Source: Patescibacteria group bacterium
Lineage (GTDB): Bacteria > Patescibacteriota > Patescibacteriia > UBA11705 > DATKZF01
NCBI GenBank assembly: GCA_049319825.1
Contig: JBMORT010000006.1
Span: forward strand, 80,012 to 144,011
DNA length: 64,000 nt
Direction of reading: 5' to 3'
Below are positions 1 to 10,833 of the stretch, piece by piece (positions within the stretch are counted from its first letter, which is position 1; each line of letters starts with the position of its first letter). A model generated the notes under the pieces. That model was not told where the DNA came from. It worked only from the letters and a program-made list of their open reading frames with translations, and made no database searches. The translations under genes were made by a program, and so were the position numbers.

Positions 1-1535
1 GAAAAGCATATATTTATAATGATGACCTGGGAGTCAATATTGAGCAGACGGAAGTTCCCGAAGACATGAAGACGAAAGTTGAAGAAGCGCGCAACGCTTT
101 GATTGAGGCGATTGTCGAGCATGATGAAAAACTGATGGATAAATATTTGGCCGGAGAAGAAATTCCGGTGGCTGATTTGAAAAAAACATTGCATAAAGCG
201 GTGGTGGAAAACAAGATCGTTCCGATTTTGGCCGGCAGCGCTTTAAAAAATAAAGGAGTCCAGCTGTTGCTCGATGCGGTTGTGGAATATTTGCCAAATC
301 CGCTCGAAGTGCCGCCAATCATCGGCAAGGACGCCAAAGATACGGAAAAAGACATTAATGTCACTTCATCGGACGCTGAACCTTTTGCCGCGCTGGCTTT
401 TAAAATCGCCACTGATCCGTATGTCGGCAAGCTGGCTTTCATCAGAGTTTATTCCGGAGTGCTCAAGAGCGGGTCTTATGTGCTCAATACCACCACCGGC
501 GAGAGAGAGAGAATCGGTCGATTGGTTCGAATGCACGCCAACCATCGTGAGGAAGTGGAGGAAGTTTACGCTGGAGAAATTGCGGCGGCGATCGGATTAA
601 AAAATACTTTTACCGGCCATACCTTGTGTGATGATTCTCGTCCGGTAGTTTTGGAGCAGATTACTTTCCCAGAGCCCGTAATTTCCGTGGCGATCGAACC
701 GAAAACGAAAGCCGATCAAGAAAAAATGGGTATTGCTTTACAAAAATTGGCGGAAGAAGATCCGACATTCAAAGTGCATACCGATGAAGAAACCATGCAG
801 ACCATCATCGGCGGCATGGGAGAGCTTCATTTGGAGGTTTTGGTGGAAAGAATGAGAAGAGAATTCCAAGTGGATGCCAATACCGGCAAACCGCAAGTCG
901 CTTACAAGGAAACTATTAAAAAGACGGCGGAAGCTGAAGGCAAATATGTCAGGCAATCCGGAGGCAGAGGTCAATATGGCCATTGCTGGCTTCGAGTTGA
1001 GCCGCAAGAGCGCGGTCAAGGTTTTGAATTTAAAGATGAGATCAAAGGCGGCGTCGTTCCAAGGGAATATTTGCCGGCCATTCAAAAAGGCGTTAAAGAG
1101 GCGCTCGATCGGGGAGTGTTGGCTGGATATCCGGTCATCGACGTTAAGGTTGCCTGCTATGACGGTTCCTATCATGAAGTCGATTCGTCCGAAGCCGCTT
1201 TTAAGATCGCTGGGTCAATGGCGTTGCAGGCCGCGGCCAAAAAAGCGGATTTGGTTTTGCTGGAACCGATCATGAAAGTCGAGGTGGTAACTCCGGAACA
1301 ATTCATGGGCGACGTGGTGGGAGATTTAAATTCCAAGAGAGCCCAAATCAACGAAATGAAAGATCGTGGTAATACCAAGGTGATCGATGCTCAGGTGCCG
1401 CTATCGGAGATGTTTGGTTATGCCACTCAGCTGAGGTCCATCACGCAGGGTCGGGCCAGCTACTCGATGGAATTCTTGAAATACGCCGATGTGCCCAATA
1501 ATGTTTTAGCCAAAATCATTGGCGAGAAAAAATAA
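1..1535 (+). CDS. fusA: Elongation factor G, 5'-truncated by the window edge (the gene begins upstream of position 1)
   Basis: Translation matches EF-G domains II-V (e.g. [26 protein letters not shown]). It sits immediately upstream of tuf in str-operon order. Confidence 0.93.
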   Translation, partial: KAYIYNDDLGVNIEQTEVPEDMKTKVEEARNALIEAIVEHDEKLMDKYLAGEEIPVADLKKTLHKAVVENKIVPILAGSALKNKGVQLLLDAVVEYLPNPLEVPPIIGKDAKDTEKDINVTSSDAEPFAALAFKIATDPYVGKLAFIRVYSGVLKSGSYVLNTTTGERERIGRLVRMHANHREEVEEVYAGEIAAAIGLKNTFTGHTLCDDSRPVVLEQITFPEPVISVAIEPKTKADQEKMGIALQKLAEEDPTFKVHTDEETMQTIIGGMGELHLEVLVERMRREFQVDANTGKPQVAYKETIKKTAEAEGKYVRQSGGRGQYGHCWLRVEPQERGQGFEFKDEIKGGVVPREYLPAIQKGVKEALDRGVLAGYPVIDVKVACYDGSYHEVDSSEAAFKIAGSMALQAAAKKADLVLLEPIMKVEVVTPEQFMGDVVGDLNSKRAQINEMKDRGNTKVIDAQVPLSEMFGYATQLRSITQGRASYSMEFLKYADVPNNVLAKIIGEKK

Positions 1536-1542
1536 TAATGAT

Positions 1543-1857
1543 ATGTCTGATAAATTCGAGAAAATACTAAAATTAATTGGACAGACGCACGACAAATGTA
1601 TTTTCTTTGATGATCGCACTGAGAATTGTTTTGTGATCATGCCCATAGACGAGTATGAAAAAATGTCTCTGGAGAAACAAAGTGATGTTTCGGATTTGAC
1701 ACAGGGAGAATTATTAGATAAAATTAATCAGGATATTGCAATTTGGAAAGAAAGTCGGATGGAAAATGATTTCGATTGGACGGGTGAAGATAAAGAAGAA
1801 TTTAGTGACAGCTCACAGGAAAACGATGAGCGATATTATCTCGAACCGGTCGAATAG
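1543..1857 (+). CDS. Small acidic hypothetical protein (~104 aa) inserted between fusA and tuf; weak Phd/YefM-antitoxin-like N-terminus
   Basis: Intact ORF with an in-frame ATG at 1543 (the ORF track begins at a TTG at 1519). It is Glu/Asp-rich. The segment FVIMPIDEYEKM resembles the YefM beta-strand/helix, but no partner toxin is present. Confidence 0.5.
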   Translation: MSDKFEKILKLIGQTHDKCIFFDDRTENCFVIMPIDEYEKMSLEKQSDVSDLTQGELLDKINQDIAIWKESRMENDFDWTGEDKEEFSDSSQENDERYYLEPVE

Positions 1858-1864
1858 CAAAAAC

Positions 1865-1893
1865 TTGCAATATTTTATTTTTTAAGGTATAAT
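1865..1893 (+). promoter_or_regulatory. Sigma70-like promoter for tuf
   Basis: TTGCAA, a 17-nt spacer, then a consensus TATAAT ending about 90 nt before the tuf ATG. An AAGGAGA RBS lies 8 nt before the start codon. Confidence 0.45.
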
Positions 1894-1983
1894 TTCAATA
1901 ATTTATTAATTTAAGTAAATTAAGCCAAAGCAGCTGGATTACAAAACCTATTTTCTAGGTGCTGCTCAAAGGAGATAAACAAC

Positions 1984-3174
1984 ATGGCAGAAACATTTGA
2001 TAGATCAAAACCACACGTCAATGTGGGCACTATCGGTCACGTCGACCACGGTAAAACTACTTTAACAGCGGCTATTTTAAAAGTATTGGCCGCTCGAGGA
2101 CTTGGCGCTCAGGAAATGAGCGTTGATGAAATCGATAAAGCGCCGGAAGAGAAAGAAAGGGGCATTACCATTTCCACCTCTCACGTCGAATATGAAACGG
2201 AAAAGAGGCACTATGCTCACGTCGACTGCCCGGGACATGCGGACTATGTTAAAAACATGATTACGGGCGCGGCTCAAATGGACGGAGCGATTTTGGTCGT
2301 TTCGGCCACTGATGGCCCGATGCCTCAGACTCGAGAGCACATTTTGCTGGCCAGACAGGTTGGCGTGCCTTACATTGTCGTCTTTTTGAACAAAGTTGAC
2401 ATGGTTCAAGAAAAGGAATTAATCGATTTGGTTGAGGAAGAAGTCAGAGATTTATTGAAAAAATATGAATTTCCAGGCGATGAGACTCCGATCATCCGCG
2501 GGTCAGCGTTAAAAGCGCTCGAGAATCCGGCAGATGAGGAAGCTTCCAAGCCGATCATGGAATTATTGAATGCTTTGGATACATACGTTCCGGTTCCTCA
2601 AAGAGATGTCGATAAACCGTTTTTGATGCCGATCGAAGATATTTTTACCATTGAAGGACGAGGCACGGTAGTGACCGGCAGAATCGAACGAGGCATGGTG
2701 AAAGTCAATGATGAAGTGGAAATTATCGGCTTAAAAGATACTCAAAAAACAGTTGTCACCGGCGTGGAAATGTTTAAGAAAACATTAAACGAGGGTCAGG
2801 CCGGCGATAATGCGGGTATCTTACTTCGAGGCTTAAAAAAGGAAGATGTGGAAAGAGGCCAAGTATTGGCCAAGCCGGGCAGTGTTACTCCTCATACCGA
2901 ATTTTCCGCGGAAGTGTATGTTTTGACCAAAGATGAAGGTGGACGACACAAACCGTTTTTTAAAGGTTATAAACCACAGTTTTATATCAGAACCACGGAT
3001 GTGACCGGAGAAGTGACTTTACCGGAAGGAACCGAAATGGTAATGCCGGGCGACACCGTCACTTTCCAGGTTAAATTGATTGTACCGGTTGCCCTTGAAG
3101 AGCAGCAGCGATTGGCCATTCGAGAAGGCGGCAAAACTATTGGCGCCGGAGTGGTAACGAAAATCATAAAGTAA
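1984..3174 (+). CDS. tuf: Elongation factor Tu
   Basis: [18 protein letters not shown] and NKVD GTPase motifs; 396 aa full length. Confidence 0.97.
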   Translation: MAETFDRSKPHVNVGTIGHVDHGKTTLTAAILKVLAARGLGAQEMSVDEIDKAPEEKERGITISTSHVEYETEKRHYAHVDCPGHADYVKNMITGAAQMDGAILVVSATDGPMPQTREHILLARQVGVPYIVVFLNKVDMVQEKELIDLVEEEVRDLLKKYEFPGDETPIIRGSALKALENPADEEASKPIMELLNALDTYVPVPQRDVDKPFLMPIEDIFTIEGRGTVVTGRIERGMVKVNDEVEIIGLKDTQKTVVTGVEMFKKTLNEGQAGDNAGILLRGLKKEDVERGQVLAKPGSVTPHTEFSAEVYVLTKDEGGRHKPFFKGYKPQFYIRTTDVTGEVTLPEGTEMVMPGDTVTFQVKLIVPVALEEQQRLAIREGGKTIGAGVVTKIIK

Positions 3175-3178
3175 GATT

Positions 3179-3517
3179 ATGGTAGAAAAGAAAGACAAAG
3201 ATACAAAAGGGGGCGTCCAAAAGATTCGCATCAAGATAAAAGCGTACGATCATAAAATTATCGATCAATCCACTAAAACTATAATCGAAGCTGGCGAGCG
3301 GACAGGGGCTGCTATTCGCGGTCCTGTCCCGCTGCCGGTCGAAAAGAAAAAGTATACGGTTAACCGATCGACATTCGTTCATAAAAACGCTCGAGATCAG
3401 TATGAGATGAGAGTTCATAAAAGATTGATTGATATTTTAAGTCCCACGCCACAAACGATTGATGCTCTGATGAGTTTGAATTTGCCCGCGGGCGTGGATG
3501 TCGAGATCAAAATGTAA
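3179..3517 (+). CDS. rpsJ: 30S ribosomal protein S10
   Basis: Conserved S10 core ([11 protein letters not shown]...[24 protein letters not shown]); position follows tuf. Confidence 0.92.
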   Translation: MVEKKDKDTKGGVQKIRIKIKAYDHKIIDQSTKTIIEAGERTGAAIRGPVPLPVEKKKYTVNRSTFVHKNARDQYEMRVHKRLIDILSPTPQTIDALMSLNLPAGVDVEIKM

Positions 3518-3677
3518 ATTCGCCTTTCCCTAAAGGTAACCGCCTGTTGGCGAAGTGTCTTATGGGAATGATGAATTTTACGGGAGAATTAAAAATTGAT
3601 TTAATTTCAAAAATAATTATAGCTAAAAGTCAGTACTGAAAAACCGGACCTTTAGTTCGGTTGTTTTATTCCCAAAT

Positions 3678-4442
3678 ATGAAATTTATTCTAGGACAAAA
3701 AAAGGAAATGACTCAGATTTACGATGATAGCGGAAACCTGGTGCCGGTAACCAAATTAGCTGCCGGTCCTTGCTTTGTGTCCCAGATAAAAACCATTGAA
3801 AAAGATGGTTATCAGGCGGTTCAAGTAGCTTTTTTGCCAAAGAAAAAGGGAACCAACAGCCAAAAAGGCCATTTTAAAAATATCGAAGGAGATTTTTATC
3901 AATTTGTCAGAGAATTTCGGGTGCCGGAAAAATCCGAACTGGAAAAAATGACACTTGGCCAAAAGATAACCGCCATTGAATTCGATAAGGGAGAAATCGT
4001 TAACGTAGCGGGGGTTTCTAAAGGAAAAGGATTTCAAGGCGTGGTAAAAAGACACGGTTTTGGTGGATCATTAGCTACTCACGGCCATAAAGATCAAAAA
4101 AGAATGCCCGGCTCGATCGCCGCTGGCGGTCCGGCGCGAGTTTTTAAAGGTACGCGGATGGGGGGGAGAACGGGAATGGATAATGTTACTGTAAAAAACG
4201 CTCAAGTTGTTGATATCGATGAAGCCAACGGTTATATTTATGTTAAAGGGGCTTTGCCGGGCGCTCGAAACGGTTTGATTATAATCACCAATAATTCGGA
4301 ATTTAAGGTATTAACAGAGGAAAAGTCAGCTCCCGCGGCCAAAGCAGAAAAATCAGAACCAGAAAAAGTTGAGGCCACGGCCGAGCCTAAAGTCGGAGCG
4401 CAAGCTGAAGCTAACAAACAGGCGGCCGAAGACAAAAAATAA
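3678..4442 (+). CDS. rplC: 50S ribosomal protein L3 with a C-terminal Ala/Lys/Glu-rich extension
   Basis: L3 signature (GVSKGKGFQGVVKRHGF, GSIAAGG); about 40 extra C-terminal residues. Confidence 0.92.
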   Translation: MKFILGQKKEMTQIYDDSGNLVPVTKLAAGPCFVSQIKTIEKDGYQAVQVAFLPKKKGTNSQKGHFKNIEGDFYQFVREFRVPEKSELEKMTLGQKITAIEFDKGEIVNVAGVSKGKGFQGVVKRHGFGGSLATHGHKDQKRMPGSIAAGGPARVFKGTRMGGRTGMDNVTVKNAQVVDIDEANGYIYVKGALPGARNGLIIITNNSEFKVLTEEKSAPAAKAEKSEPEKVEATAEPKVGAQAEANKQAAEDKK

Positions 4443-4445
4443 TGT

Positions 4446-5147
4446 ATGTTAAAAGGAAAAGTATACAATCAAAGTGGTAAGGAGTTGCGGACCATTGACC
4501 TGCCGGAATTTATATTTGGAGTGGAGACGAATATCGCCGTAATTCATCAGGCGGTCGCAGCGCAACTCGGCAACAGTCGACAGGTTTTAGCTCACGCCAA
4601 AACTCGAGCCGAAGTCCGAGGCGGCGGTCGCAAGCCATGGCGCCAGAAAGGCACGGGTCGCGCCAGACATGGTTCGACCAGATCCCCGATCTGGATCGGC
4701 GGCGGTATTACTTTCGGTCCGACTAAGGAAAGAAATTTTTCTAAAAGGATCAATAAGAAAATGCGCCGAAAAGCGATTTTTATGGTATTATCCGATCGCT
4801 TGGCCGCTGGTGATCTGAAATTTGTCGATAAAATTGATTTTCCTCAAATAAAAACGAAAAAAGCGGCGGATTTATTGAATGATTTGAGAATCAATAAGGC
4901 TTTATTCATTATAGATGAACATAACCGAAATTTTATCAAGTCATGCGCTAATTTGCCGAAAGCGGCAGTGATTGACGCTGATAGTTTAAATGTTATTGAT
5001 TTGTTAAATCATAAAGACGTTATCATGACGGAAAATTCGGTTGATAAAATTGTGAGCACTTATAAAATGTCTTCAAAAGATGACCAGCCAAAGGCAAGCG
5101 AAAAGGCGGAACCGAAAGTCAAGAAGACTGTTAAAAGCAAAAAGTAA
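4446..5147 (+). CDS. rplD: 50S ribosomal protein L4 with a C-terminal Lys-rich extension
   Basis: L4 core ([17 protein letters not shown]); operon position. Confidence 0.9.
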   Translation: MLKGKVYNQSGKELRTIDLPEFIFGVETNIAVIHQAVAAQLGNSRQVLAHAKTRAEVRGGGRKPWRQKGTGRARHGSTRSPIWIGGGITFGPTKERNFSKRINKKMRRKAIFMVLSDRLAAGDLKFVDKIDFPQIKTKKAADLLNDLRINKALFIIDEHNRNFIKSCANLPKAAVIDADSLNVIDLLNHKDVIMTENSVDKIVSTYKMSSKDDQPKASEKAEPKVKKTVKSKK

Positions 5148-5150
5148 GAT

Positions 5151-5552
5151 ATGGCCAGTCTATTAAAAAAATTAAAAGGTTCAAAGAAAGAGAGCGGTCA
5201 GCGGGCTGAATCCAAGCCGGCTATGGTAGAAAAAAAAGATGTTAAGAAAGCATTAAAGAAAAAGGACAGTACCGCCTATAAAATAGTTTTTAAACCATTG
5301 ATTACGGAAAAAGCTACGGATTTAGGATATGCGCATCAATATTCATTTATTGTTTCCAAATATGCCAGCAAAGCGCAGATTGCCGATACGGTAAGAAATA
5401 TCTATGGCGTGAGGCCGGTAAAAGTTAGAACGATTAATTTTTCCGGCAAAAACGTTCGCTATGGTCGTTTCGCGGGCAAACGGCGCGCTTGGAAAAAAGC
5501 GATCATTTCGCTGCGCCCGGAAGATAAAATCGAAGTTTACGAAGGAGTTTAA
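5151..5552 (+). CDS. rplW: 50S ribosomal protein L23 with an N-terminal Lys-rich extension
   Basis: L23 core (KPLITEKA...YSFIVSKYASKAQI); about 40-aa basic N-terminal extension. Confidence 0.87.
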   Translation: MASLLKKLKGSKKESGQRAESKPAMVEKKDVKKALKKKDSTAYKIVFKPLITEKATDLGYAHQYSFIVSKYASKAQIADTVRNIYGVRPVKVRTINFSGKNVRYGRFAGKRRAWKKAIISLRPEDKIEVYEGV

Positions 5553-5557
5553 TAACT

Positions 5558-6400
5558 ATGGGAATAAGAAGAGTAAAACCAACAACCCCGGGTCGACGTC
5601 AGTTTTCAATTGACGATTTTTCCGATATCACCAAAGCGCATCCGGAAAAGACTTTAATTGCCATTAAGAAAAGTAAAGCCGGGCGGGGCATGTACGGTAA
5701 TATCACCGTCCGTCATCAAGGCGGCGGCGCTAAAAATTATTATCGTTTGATTGATTTTAAAAGAGACAAATTCGATATTCCCGGCAAAGTCGTGGCGATC
5801 GAATACGATCCCAATCGAAACGCCAGAATCGCTTTGGTTCATTACCCTGATGGCGATAAACGCTATGTCATCGCCCCGAAAGAGATGAAGGTTTCAGATC
5901 AAATTATTTCATCCAAATCAATGGTTGAGGTTCGATCGGGAAACGCTACTCTATTAAAGAATATTCCGATTGGCATGCCGGTGTTCAATATCGAGCTGAC
6001 GCCCGGCCGCGGCGGCGCCATGGTTCGTTCTGCTGGGCAGAGCGCCAAATTGATGGCGGTTGAAGGCGAGTACGCTCATCTTCGATTGCCTTCTGGAGAG
6101 GTCCGGCTGGTTCCGGACATCTGCATGGCCACGATTGGCGAGGTCAGCAACGCCGATTTTATGCATAAAAAAATCGGTAAGGCCGGAAGAGTTAGACATA
6201 TGGGAATAAAACCCACGGTCAGAGGAAAAGTTATGAATCCGGTTGATCATCCTCATGGCGGTGGTGAAGGATCAAATCCGATTGGCTTGAAGCATCCAAA
6301 GACCCCATGGGGTAAGCCGGCATTGGGAGTGAAAACAAGAAAGTTAAAAAAATATTCTGATAAATTAATCATAACTCGCAGAAAGAAGAAGAGACGTTAA
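5558..6400 (+). CDS. rplB: 50S ribosomal protein L2
   Basis: L2 motifs (GRRQFS, VMNPVDHPHGGGEG). Confidence 0.95.
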   Translation: MGIRRVKPTTPGRRQFSIDDFSDITKAHPEKTLIAIKKSKAGRGMYGNITVRHQGGGAKNYYRLIDFKRDKFDIPGKVVAIEYDPNRNARIALVHYPDGDKRYVIAPKEMKVSDQIISSKSMVEVRSGNATLLKNIPIGMPVFNIELTPGRGGAMVRSAGQSAKLMAVEGEYAHLRLPSGEVRLVPDICMATIGEVSNADFMHKKIGKAGRVRHMGIKPTVRGKVMNPVDHPHGGGEGSNPIGLKHPKTPWGKPALGVKTRKLKKYSDKLIITRRKKKRR

Positions 6401-6406
6401 AAAAAT

Positions 6407-6700
6407 ATGGCCAGAAGTCTGAAAAAAGGACCTTATATCGATGAAAAGCTCATGAAGAAAATTTCCAAGCTGAAGCCGACCGATAAAACGGTCATCAAAA
6501 CATGGGCTCGATATGCGACCATCACGCCGGAAATGGTTGGTTTTACTTTTGGCGTCCATAACGGCAAAGATCATATAGAGGTATTGGTCGAGGAGAATAT
6601 GGTCGGTCATAAGCTGGGCGAGTTCGCATTTTCGAAAAAGTTTAACAGACACGGCGGCCGGATGCAAAAAGAAATAGAAAAAGGCCAAGAAAGTAAATAA
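6407..6700 (+). CDS. rpsS: 30S ribosomal protein S19
   Basis: [12 protein letters not shown]...[23 protein letters not shown]. Confidence 0.93.
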   Translation: MARSLKKGPYIDEKLMKKISKLKPTDKTVIKTWARYATITPEMVGFTFGVHNGKDHIEVLVEENMVGHKLGEFAFSKKFNRHGGRMQKEIEKGQESK

Positions 6701-6716
6701 ATTTTGTTAAATATTT

Positions 6717-7310
6717 ATGGAAGTCAGAGCAATAGCCAAACACATAAGAATCGCCCCGAGAAAGATCAGGCAAGTAGCCGACCTGATTCGAGGTTTAGAT
6801 ATCTCCAAGGCATACTCTCAGCTGGGCATCATTAATAAAGCGGCGGTGCGTCCGATTAGAAAACTGCTTGATTCTGCGTTGGCGAACGCTCATCACAATT
6901 TTGAAATTGAACCGGATAATTTATATATTAAACAGATTTTTGTTGACGAAGGCACACCGTATAAGCGCTGGACGCCAAAAGCGCACGGACGAGCCACACA
7001 GATTTTAAAGAGAACCAGCCATATCTCGGTAATTTTGGAAGAAAAGGTCCCTGGCGCCGGGAAAAAGGAAAGAAAATCTAAAAAGGTTGATAAATTGTCT
7101 CGAATGAATCCGGATCAGGTTAAAGGCGGCGTTGCCAATCCTTCGGTCAGTCAAAAAGTTCCATCGCCAAAGCAATCGGAAGAGTCGAAGGAGATATTTG
7201 ATGTCCGCGGTCGAGGTAAGCACCGAGAAGGATTAAGATTCGATAAAAAAGGCGGATTGAAGCAAAAAGGATTTTTAAAGAAAATATTTAACAGGAAATC
7301 AAGCACGTAA
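6717..7310 (+). CDS. rplV: 50S ribosomal protein L22 with a ~85-aa basic C-terminal extension
   Basis: L22 core (AIAKHIRIAPRKIRQVADLIRG...) followed by a long K/G/S-rich tail. Confidence 0.9.
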   Translation: MEVRAIAKHIRIAPRKIRQVADLIRGLDISKAYSQLGIINKAAVRPIRKLLDSALANAHHNFEIEPDNLYIKQIFVDEGTPYKRWTPKAHGRATQILKRTSHISVILEEKVPGAGKKERKSKKVDKLSRMNPDQVKGGVANPSVSQKVPSPKQSEESKEIFDVRGRGKHREGLRFDKKGGLKQKGFLKKIFNRKSST

Positions 7311-7311
7311 T

Positions 7312-7983
7312 ATGGGTAAAAAGATAAATCCAATCATTCACCGAATAAAGGGTGTCAGAAGCTGGAGCTCCCGTTGGTTTGCCAAGCCCGCGGATTACCG
7401 TAAATTTTTAAAGCAAGACACTCAAGTGAAAAAATATTTGAAGAAAAAATTAAAGGATGCGTTTTTGGCGGAAATTGAAATTGAGCGATCGTCCAAAGAG
7501 ATAAACATTTTTCTGTATTCAGCCAGACCGGGAGTGATTATCGGCAAAGGCGGCATGGGCATTGACGAGTTGAAAAAAGAGATTACTGGCCGTTTCTTTG
7601 AAAAAACCGACAAAGTCAATATCAACATCAAAGAAGTGACTCAGCCCAATCTTAACGCTAGCTTGATCGCTCAGGGTATTGTGGCCGATATCGAACGTCG
7701 CGTGCCTTTCCGCCGGGCAATGAAGCAGGCGATCGCCAAAGTGGAGCGCGCCGGAGCTAAGGGCATTAAGGTTGTCGTTTCCGGAAGGCTAAACGGCGCG
7801 GAAATCGCGCGAACGGAAAAGTTGGTTTCTGGCAGCTTGCCGCTGCAAACAATCAGAGCCGATATTGATTACGCGTTGGAAGAAGCCCAAACCACTTATG
7901 GAGTGATCGGCGTCAAGGTTTGGATTTTTAAAGGAGAAAAGTTTGATCGAGATAATAAGACAAGTGAATCAAAGTCTAAATAA
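7312..7983 (+). CDS. rpsC: 30S ribosomal protein S3
   Basis: KH domain and S3 C-terminal motifs ([18 protein letters not shown]). Confidence 0.93.
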   Translation: MGKKINPIIHRIKGVRSWSSRWFAKPADYRKFLKQDTQVKKYLKKKLKDAFLAEIEIERSSKEINIFLYSARPGVIIGKGGMGIDELKKEITGRFFEKTDKVNINIKEVTQPNLNASLIAQGIVADIERRVPFRRAMKQAIAKVERAGAKGIKVVVSGRLNGAEIARTEKLVSGSLPLQTIRADIDYALEEAQTTYGVIGVKVWIFKGEKFDRDNKTSESKSK

Positions 7984-7988
7984 TTAAT

Positions 7989-8405
7989 ATGCTGCTACCT
8001 AAAAAAGTAAAACATCGAAAATGGCATAAGGGACGAGGTCGAAACAGAGAGTTAAAGGCGAACCGTTTGACCGAAGTTTCTTTTGGCGATTATGGATTAA
8101 AGGCAACTTCAGCGGCCTGGATAGATTCACGGCAGATTGAAGCGGCCCGAAGAGCGATTACCCATCACATTAAAAGAGGTGGCAAAATTTGGATTCGCAT
8201 ATTTCCCGATAAACCGATAACTGCCAAAGGATCGCAATCGACCATGGGCGGCGGCAAGGGCGCTCCGGAAAAATTCGTCACTATCGTGAAACCAGGAGCG
8301 GTGCTTTTTGAGCTTTCCGGCATCGCCAAAGAAATTGCCCAGGAAGCGCTCAGATTAGCCGCGCATAAATTGCCGGTAACCACTAAATTTGTCATTAAAA
8401 AGTAA
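7989..8405 (+). CDS. rplP: 50S ribosomal protein L16
   Basis: [16 protein letters not shown]... is the L16 N-terminus. Confidence 0.93.
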   Translation: MLLPKKVKHRKWHKGRGRNRELKANRLTEVSFGDYGLKATSAAWIDSRQIEAARRAITHHIKRGGKIWIRIFPDKPITAKGSQSTMGGGKGAPEKFVTIVKPGAVLFELSGIAKEIAQEALRLAAHKLPVTTKFVIKK

Positions 8406-8415
8406 TAGTTTTGAT

Positions 8416-8628
8416 ATGAAGTTAATAGAATTAAGAGCCAAATCAGACGATGAATTAAAGGAATTGTATAATGACCTGGCAGAAACTCGACGTGAGTTGT
8501 CATTTAGATTGGCCAATAACCAGTTAAAGAATGTCAGAGAATTCAGAAAAGTTAAACAAACCATGGCTCAGATTCTAACTCTGATGACAGAGCGAAAGCA
8601 ATCGATCGTCGAGAAAAATAACAAATAA
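8416..8628 (+). CDS. rpmC: 50S ribosomal protein L29
   Basis: MKLIELRAKSDDELKEL... The ATG at 8416 is preferred over the track start at 8389, which overlaps rplP. Confidence 0.85.
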   Translation: MKLIELRAKSDDELKELYNDLAETRRELSFRLANNQLKNVREFRKVKQTMAQILTLMTERKQSIVEKNNK

Positions 8629-8631
8629 TTT

Positions 8632-8883
8632 ATGGATAAGCAGGGAAAATTAATTCGAAAATTCACCGGTAAGGTGATTAGCAATAAAATGGCCAAGACC
8701 GTTACTGTTTTGGTGGTAAGGTCAAAGATGCATCCGCGTTATCATAAGCTTTTTAAGGTGAGCAATAAATACAAAGCCCATGATGAAAAGAATGAATGTC
8801 AGATCGGGGACCTGGTGATTATCGAACAGTGCCGGCCGATAAGCAAAGATAAAAAATGGCGAGTGGTAAAAATAGTGAAATAA
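8632..8883 (+). CDS. rpsQ: 30S ribosomal protein S17
   Basis: GKVISNKMAKTVTVLV...HDEKNECQIGDLVIIEQCRPISK. Confidence 0.9.
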   Translation: MDKQGKLIRKFTGKVISNKMAKTVTVLVVRSKMHPRYHKLFKVSNKYKAHDEKNECQIGDLVIIEQCRPISKDKKWRVVKIVK

Positions 8884-8904
8884 CTCCTAGCGTTTTAATT
8901 ATAT

Positions 8905-9276
8905 ATGATTCAACACAGAACAATGTTAACTTCAGCCGATAATACTGGTGCCAAAAAGCTTCAGTGTATTAAAGTCCGCGGTGGATATAAAAAAAGATAC
9001 GCTAGGCTGGGGGATATTATCGCCGTTTCCGTTAAAGAAGCAAAGCCGCATTCCTCGGTTAAAAAGGGGGAAGTGCTGCACGCGGTGGTTGTCAGAACCA
9101 GAAAAGAAACGCGCCGACCCGATGGCTCTTATATACGATTTGACGATAACGCGGTGATAATTATTGATAAGGACAGCAAAGAGCCAAAAGGCTCTCGTGT
9201 CTTTGGTCCAGTGGCCAGAGAACTGCGAAAGCAGGGTTTTGCCAAAATAGTATCGTTGGCTCCGGAAGTGTTATAA
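8905..9276 (+). CDS. rplN: 50S ribosomal protein L14
   Basis: [24 protein letters not shown]... is the canonical L14 sequence. Confidence 0.94.
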   Translation: MIQHRTMLTSADNTGAKKLQCIKVRGGYKKRYARLGDIIAVSVKEAKPHSSVKKGEVLHAVVVRTRKETRRPDGSYIRFDDNAVIIIDKDSKEPKGSRVFGPVARELRKQGFAKIVSLAPEVL

Positions 9277-9298
9277 TTTTGCGAATAAATTGTAAAAT

Positions 9299-9664
9299 AT
9301 GAAACCTAATATTAAAAAAGGCGACAAAGTGCAGATCATCGCCGGCAAAGACAGAGTGAAGAAGACAAAGAAAGGCGAAAAGACTTACAAAGCGAATCAA
9401 GGCAAGGTTTTGCAGGTTTTGCCGTCTCGGGGTAAAGTCGTGGTCGAAGGCCTGAATATTAGAATTAAGCATGTCAAACCGAAGAGAGCCGGTGAAAAGG
9501 GACAAAAAATCGAAGTGCCGGCGCCAATTCAAATATCAAACGTAATGTTGCTTTGTCCGCGTTGCAGCAAATTAACGCGCGTTGGTTATAAGGTTTCTAA
9601 AAATGAAAAAGGCAAAGTAAAAAAAGTTCGATACTGTAAAAAATGTAAAGAATCCATTGATTAA
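9299..9664 (+). CDS. rplX: 50S ribosomal protein L24 (KOW) with a C-terminal CxxC...CxxC zinc-ribbon extension
   Basis: KOW motif (KKGDKVQIIAGKD) plus a C-terminal CPRCSKL...YCKKCKE. Confidence 0.88.
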   Translation: MKPNIKKGDKVQIIAGKDRVKKTKKGEKTYKANQGKVLQVLPSRGKVVVEGLNIRIKHVKPKRAGEKGQKIEVPAPIQISNVMLLCPRCSKLTRVGYKVSKNEKGKVKKVRYCKKCKESID

Positions 9665-9669
9665 TTTGT

Positions 9670-10221
9670 ATGAAAAGACTTTTTGAACAATATAAAGAAA
9701 AAGTAATACCTGCGCTTAAAGAAAAATTCGGTTATAAAAATGAAATGCAGGTTCCCAAATTGGCTAAAGTATCCATTAATGTTGGCATTGGCCGGGGATT
9801 AAAGGATAATGATTATTTGGAATCCGTGAAGAAATCGCTTCAGCGAATTACGGGCCAGCAGCCGGTGGAAACAAAAGCGAAAACATCCATTTCCAATTTT
9901 AAAATCAGGGAAGGCATGGTGGTGGGCGTTCGGGTAACTTTACGAGGTTGGCGCATGTATGATTTTATTGAAAAATTGGTTAATATCACTTTGCCGAGAG
10001 TACGCGATTTCCGCGGGCTTGATCCGGATAATTTCGATGGGCATGGTAATTACTCGATCGGATTTAAGGAGCATATTGCCTTTCCGGAAATCAGATCCGA
10101 TGAATTGGAAAATATTCACGGCCTGGAAGTCAATATCACCACTACCGCTGATACGGATGAAGAAGGTTACGAGTTATTGAAGTTAATGGGCTTCCCATTT
10201 AAAGAAAAAGATAATAAATAA
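9670..10221 (+). CDS. rplE: 50S ribosomal protein L5
   Basis: L5 conserved blocks ([31 protein letters not shown]). Confidence 0.93.
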   Translation: MKRLFEQYKEKVIPALKEKFGYKNEMQVPKLAKVSINVGIGRGLKDNDYLESVKKSLQRITGQQPVETKAKTSISNFKIREGMVVGVRVTLRGWRMYDFIEKLVNITLPRVRDFRGLDPDNFDGHGNYSIGFKEHIAFPEIRSDELENIHGLEVNITTTADTDEEGYELLKLMGFPFKEKDNK

Positions 10222-10226
10222 TATAT

Positions 10227-10412
10227 ATGGCAACCAAAGCACAAGTTAATAAATCGAACAGAAAACCTAAATATTCTACACGCGTGGTCAGACGATGTTG
10301 GCGTTGCGGCCGGCCGAAAGGCTACATGCGAGATTTTGATTTGTGCCGAATTTGTTTTAGAGAATTAGCGGAAAAAGGCGAGCTGCCTGGAATCACCAGA
10401 AGCAGCTGGTAA
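10227..10412 (+). CDS. rpsZ: 30S ribosomal protein S14, zinc-binding type Z
   Basis: 61 aa with CWRCGRP...CRICFRE, the Zn-type S14 pattern. Confidence 0.9.
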   Translation: MATKAQVNKSNRKPKYSTRVVRRCWRCGRPKGYMRDFDLCRICFRELAEKGELPGITRSSW

Positions 10413-10442
10413 GAATTTATCAGAAAATAATTTACATAATTT

Positions 10443-10832
10443 ATGCTTACAGATACAATAGCAGACATGTTAACCAGAATTAGAAACGCTTCGGCGGTTA
10501 AGAAAGCTGAGGTCACTATGCCTTATTCCAAGCTTAAGTTTGCTATCGCCCAGATTTTGAAGCAAGAAGGATACATTAAGGATGTCCAGAAAAAAGAAGA
10601 AAAATTCGGAGAAATATCTATCGCGCTCAAATATACGAATGGTCAACCGGCCATTAGAAATATTAAAAGAGTATCGAAAACCGGAAGACGGATTTATGTG
10701 GGCAAAGACCATATGCCTCGGGTGCTTAACAATTTGGGCATCGCCATTGTGTCTACTTCAAAAGGTATAATGACGAATAAACAAGCCCGAAAAGCAGGCG
10801 TGGGTGGAGAAGTAATTTGTGAAATATACTAA
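10443..10832 (+). CDS. rpsH: 30S ribosomal protein S8
   Basis: [16 protein letters not shown]... is the S8 N-terminus. Confidence 0.93.
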   Translation: MLTDTIADMLTRIRNASAVKKAEVTMPYSKLKFAIAQILKQEGYIKDVQKKEEKFGEISIALKYTNGQPAIRNIKRVSKTGRRIYVGKDHMPRVLNNLGIAIVSTSKGIMTNKQARKAGVGGEVICEIY

Positions 10833-10833
10833 T

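Noticed and set aside
14-442. Antisense ORFs (14..442 and 34..318, minus strand) overlapping fusA
   Set aside because: They lie entirely inside the well-supported EF-G coding frame on the opposite strand. There are no motifs, and the composition is low-complexity.
3019-3418. Small minus-strand ORFs across the tuf/rpsJ junction
   Set aside because: They overlap the highly conserved tuf and rpsJ coding frames on the opposite strand.
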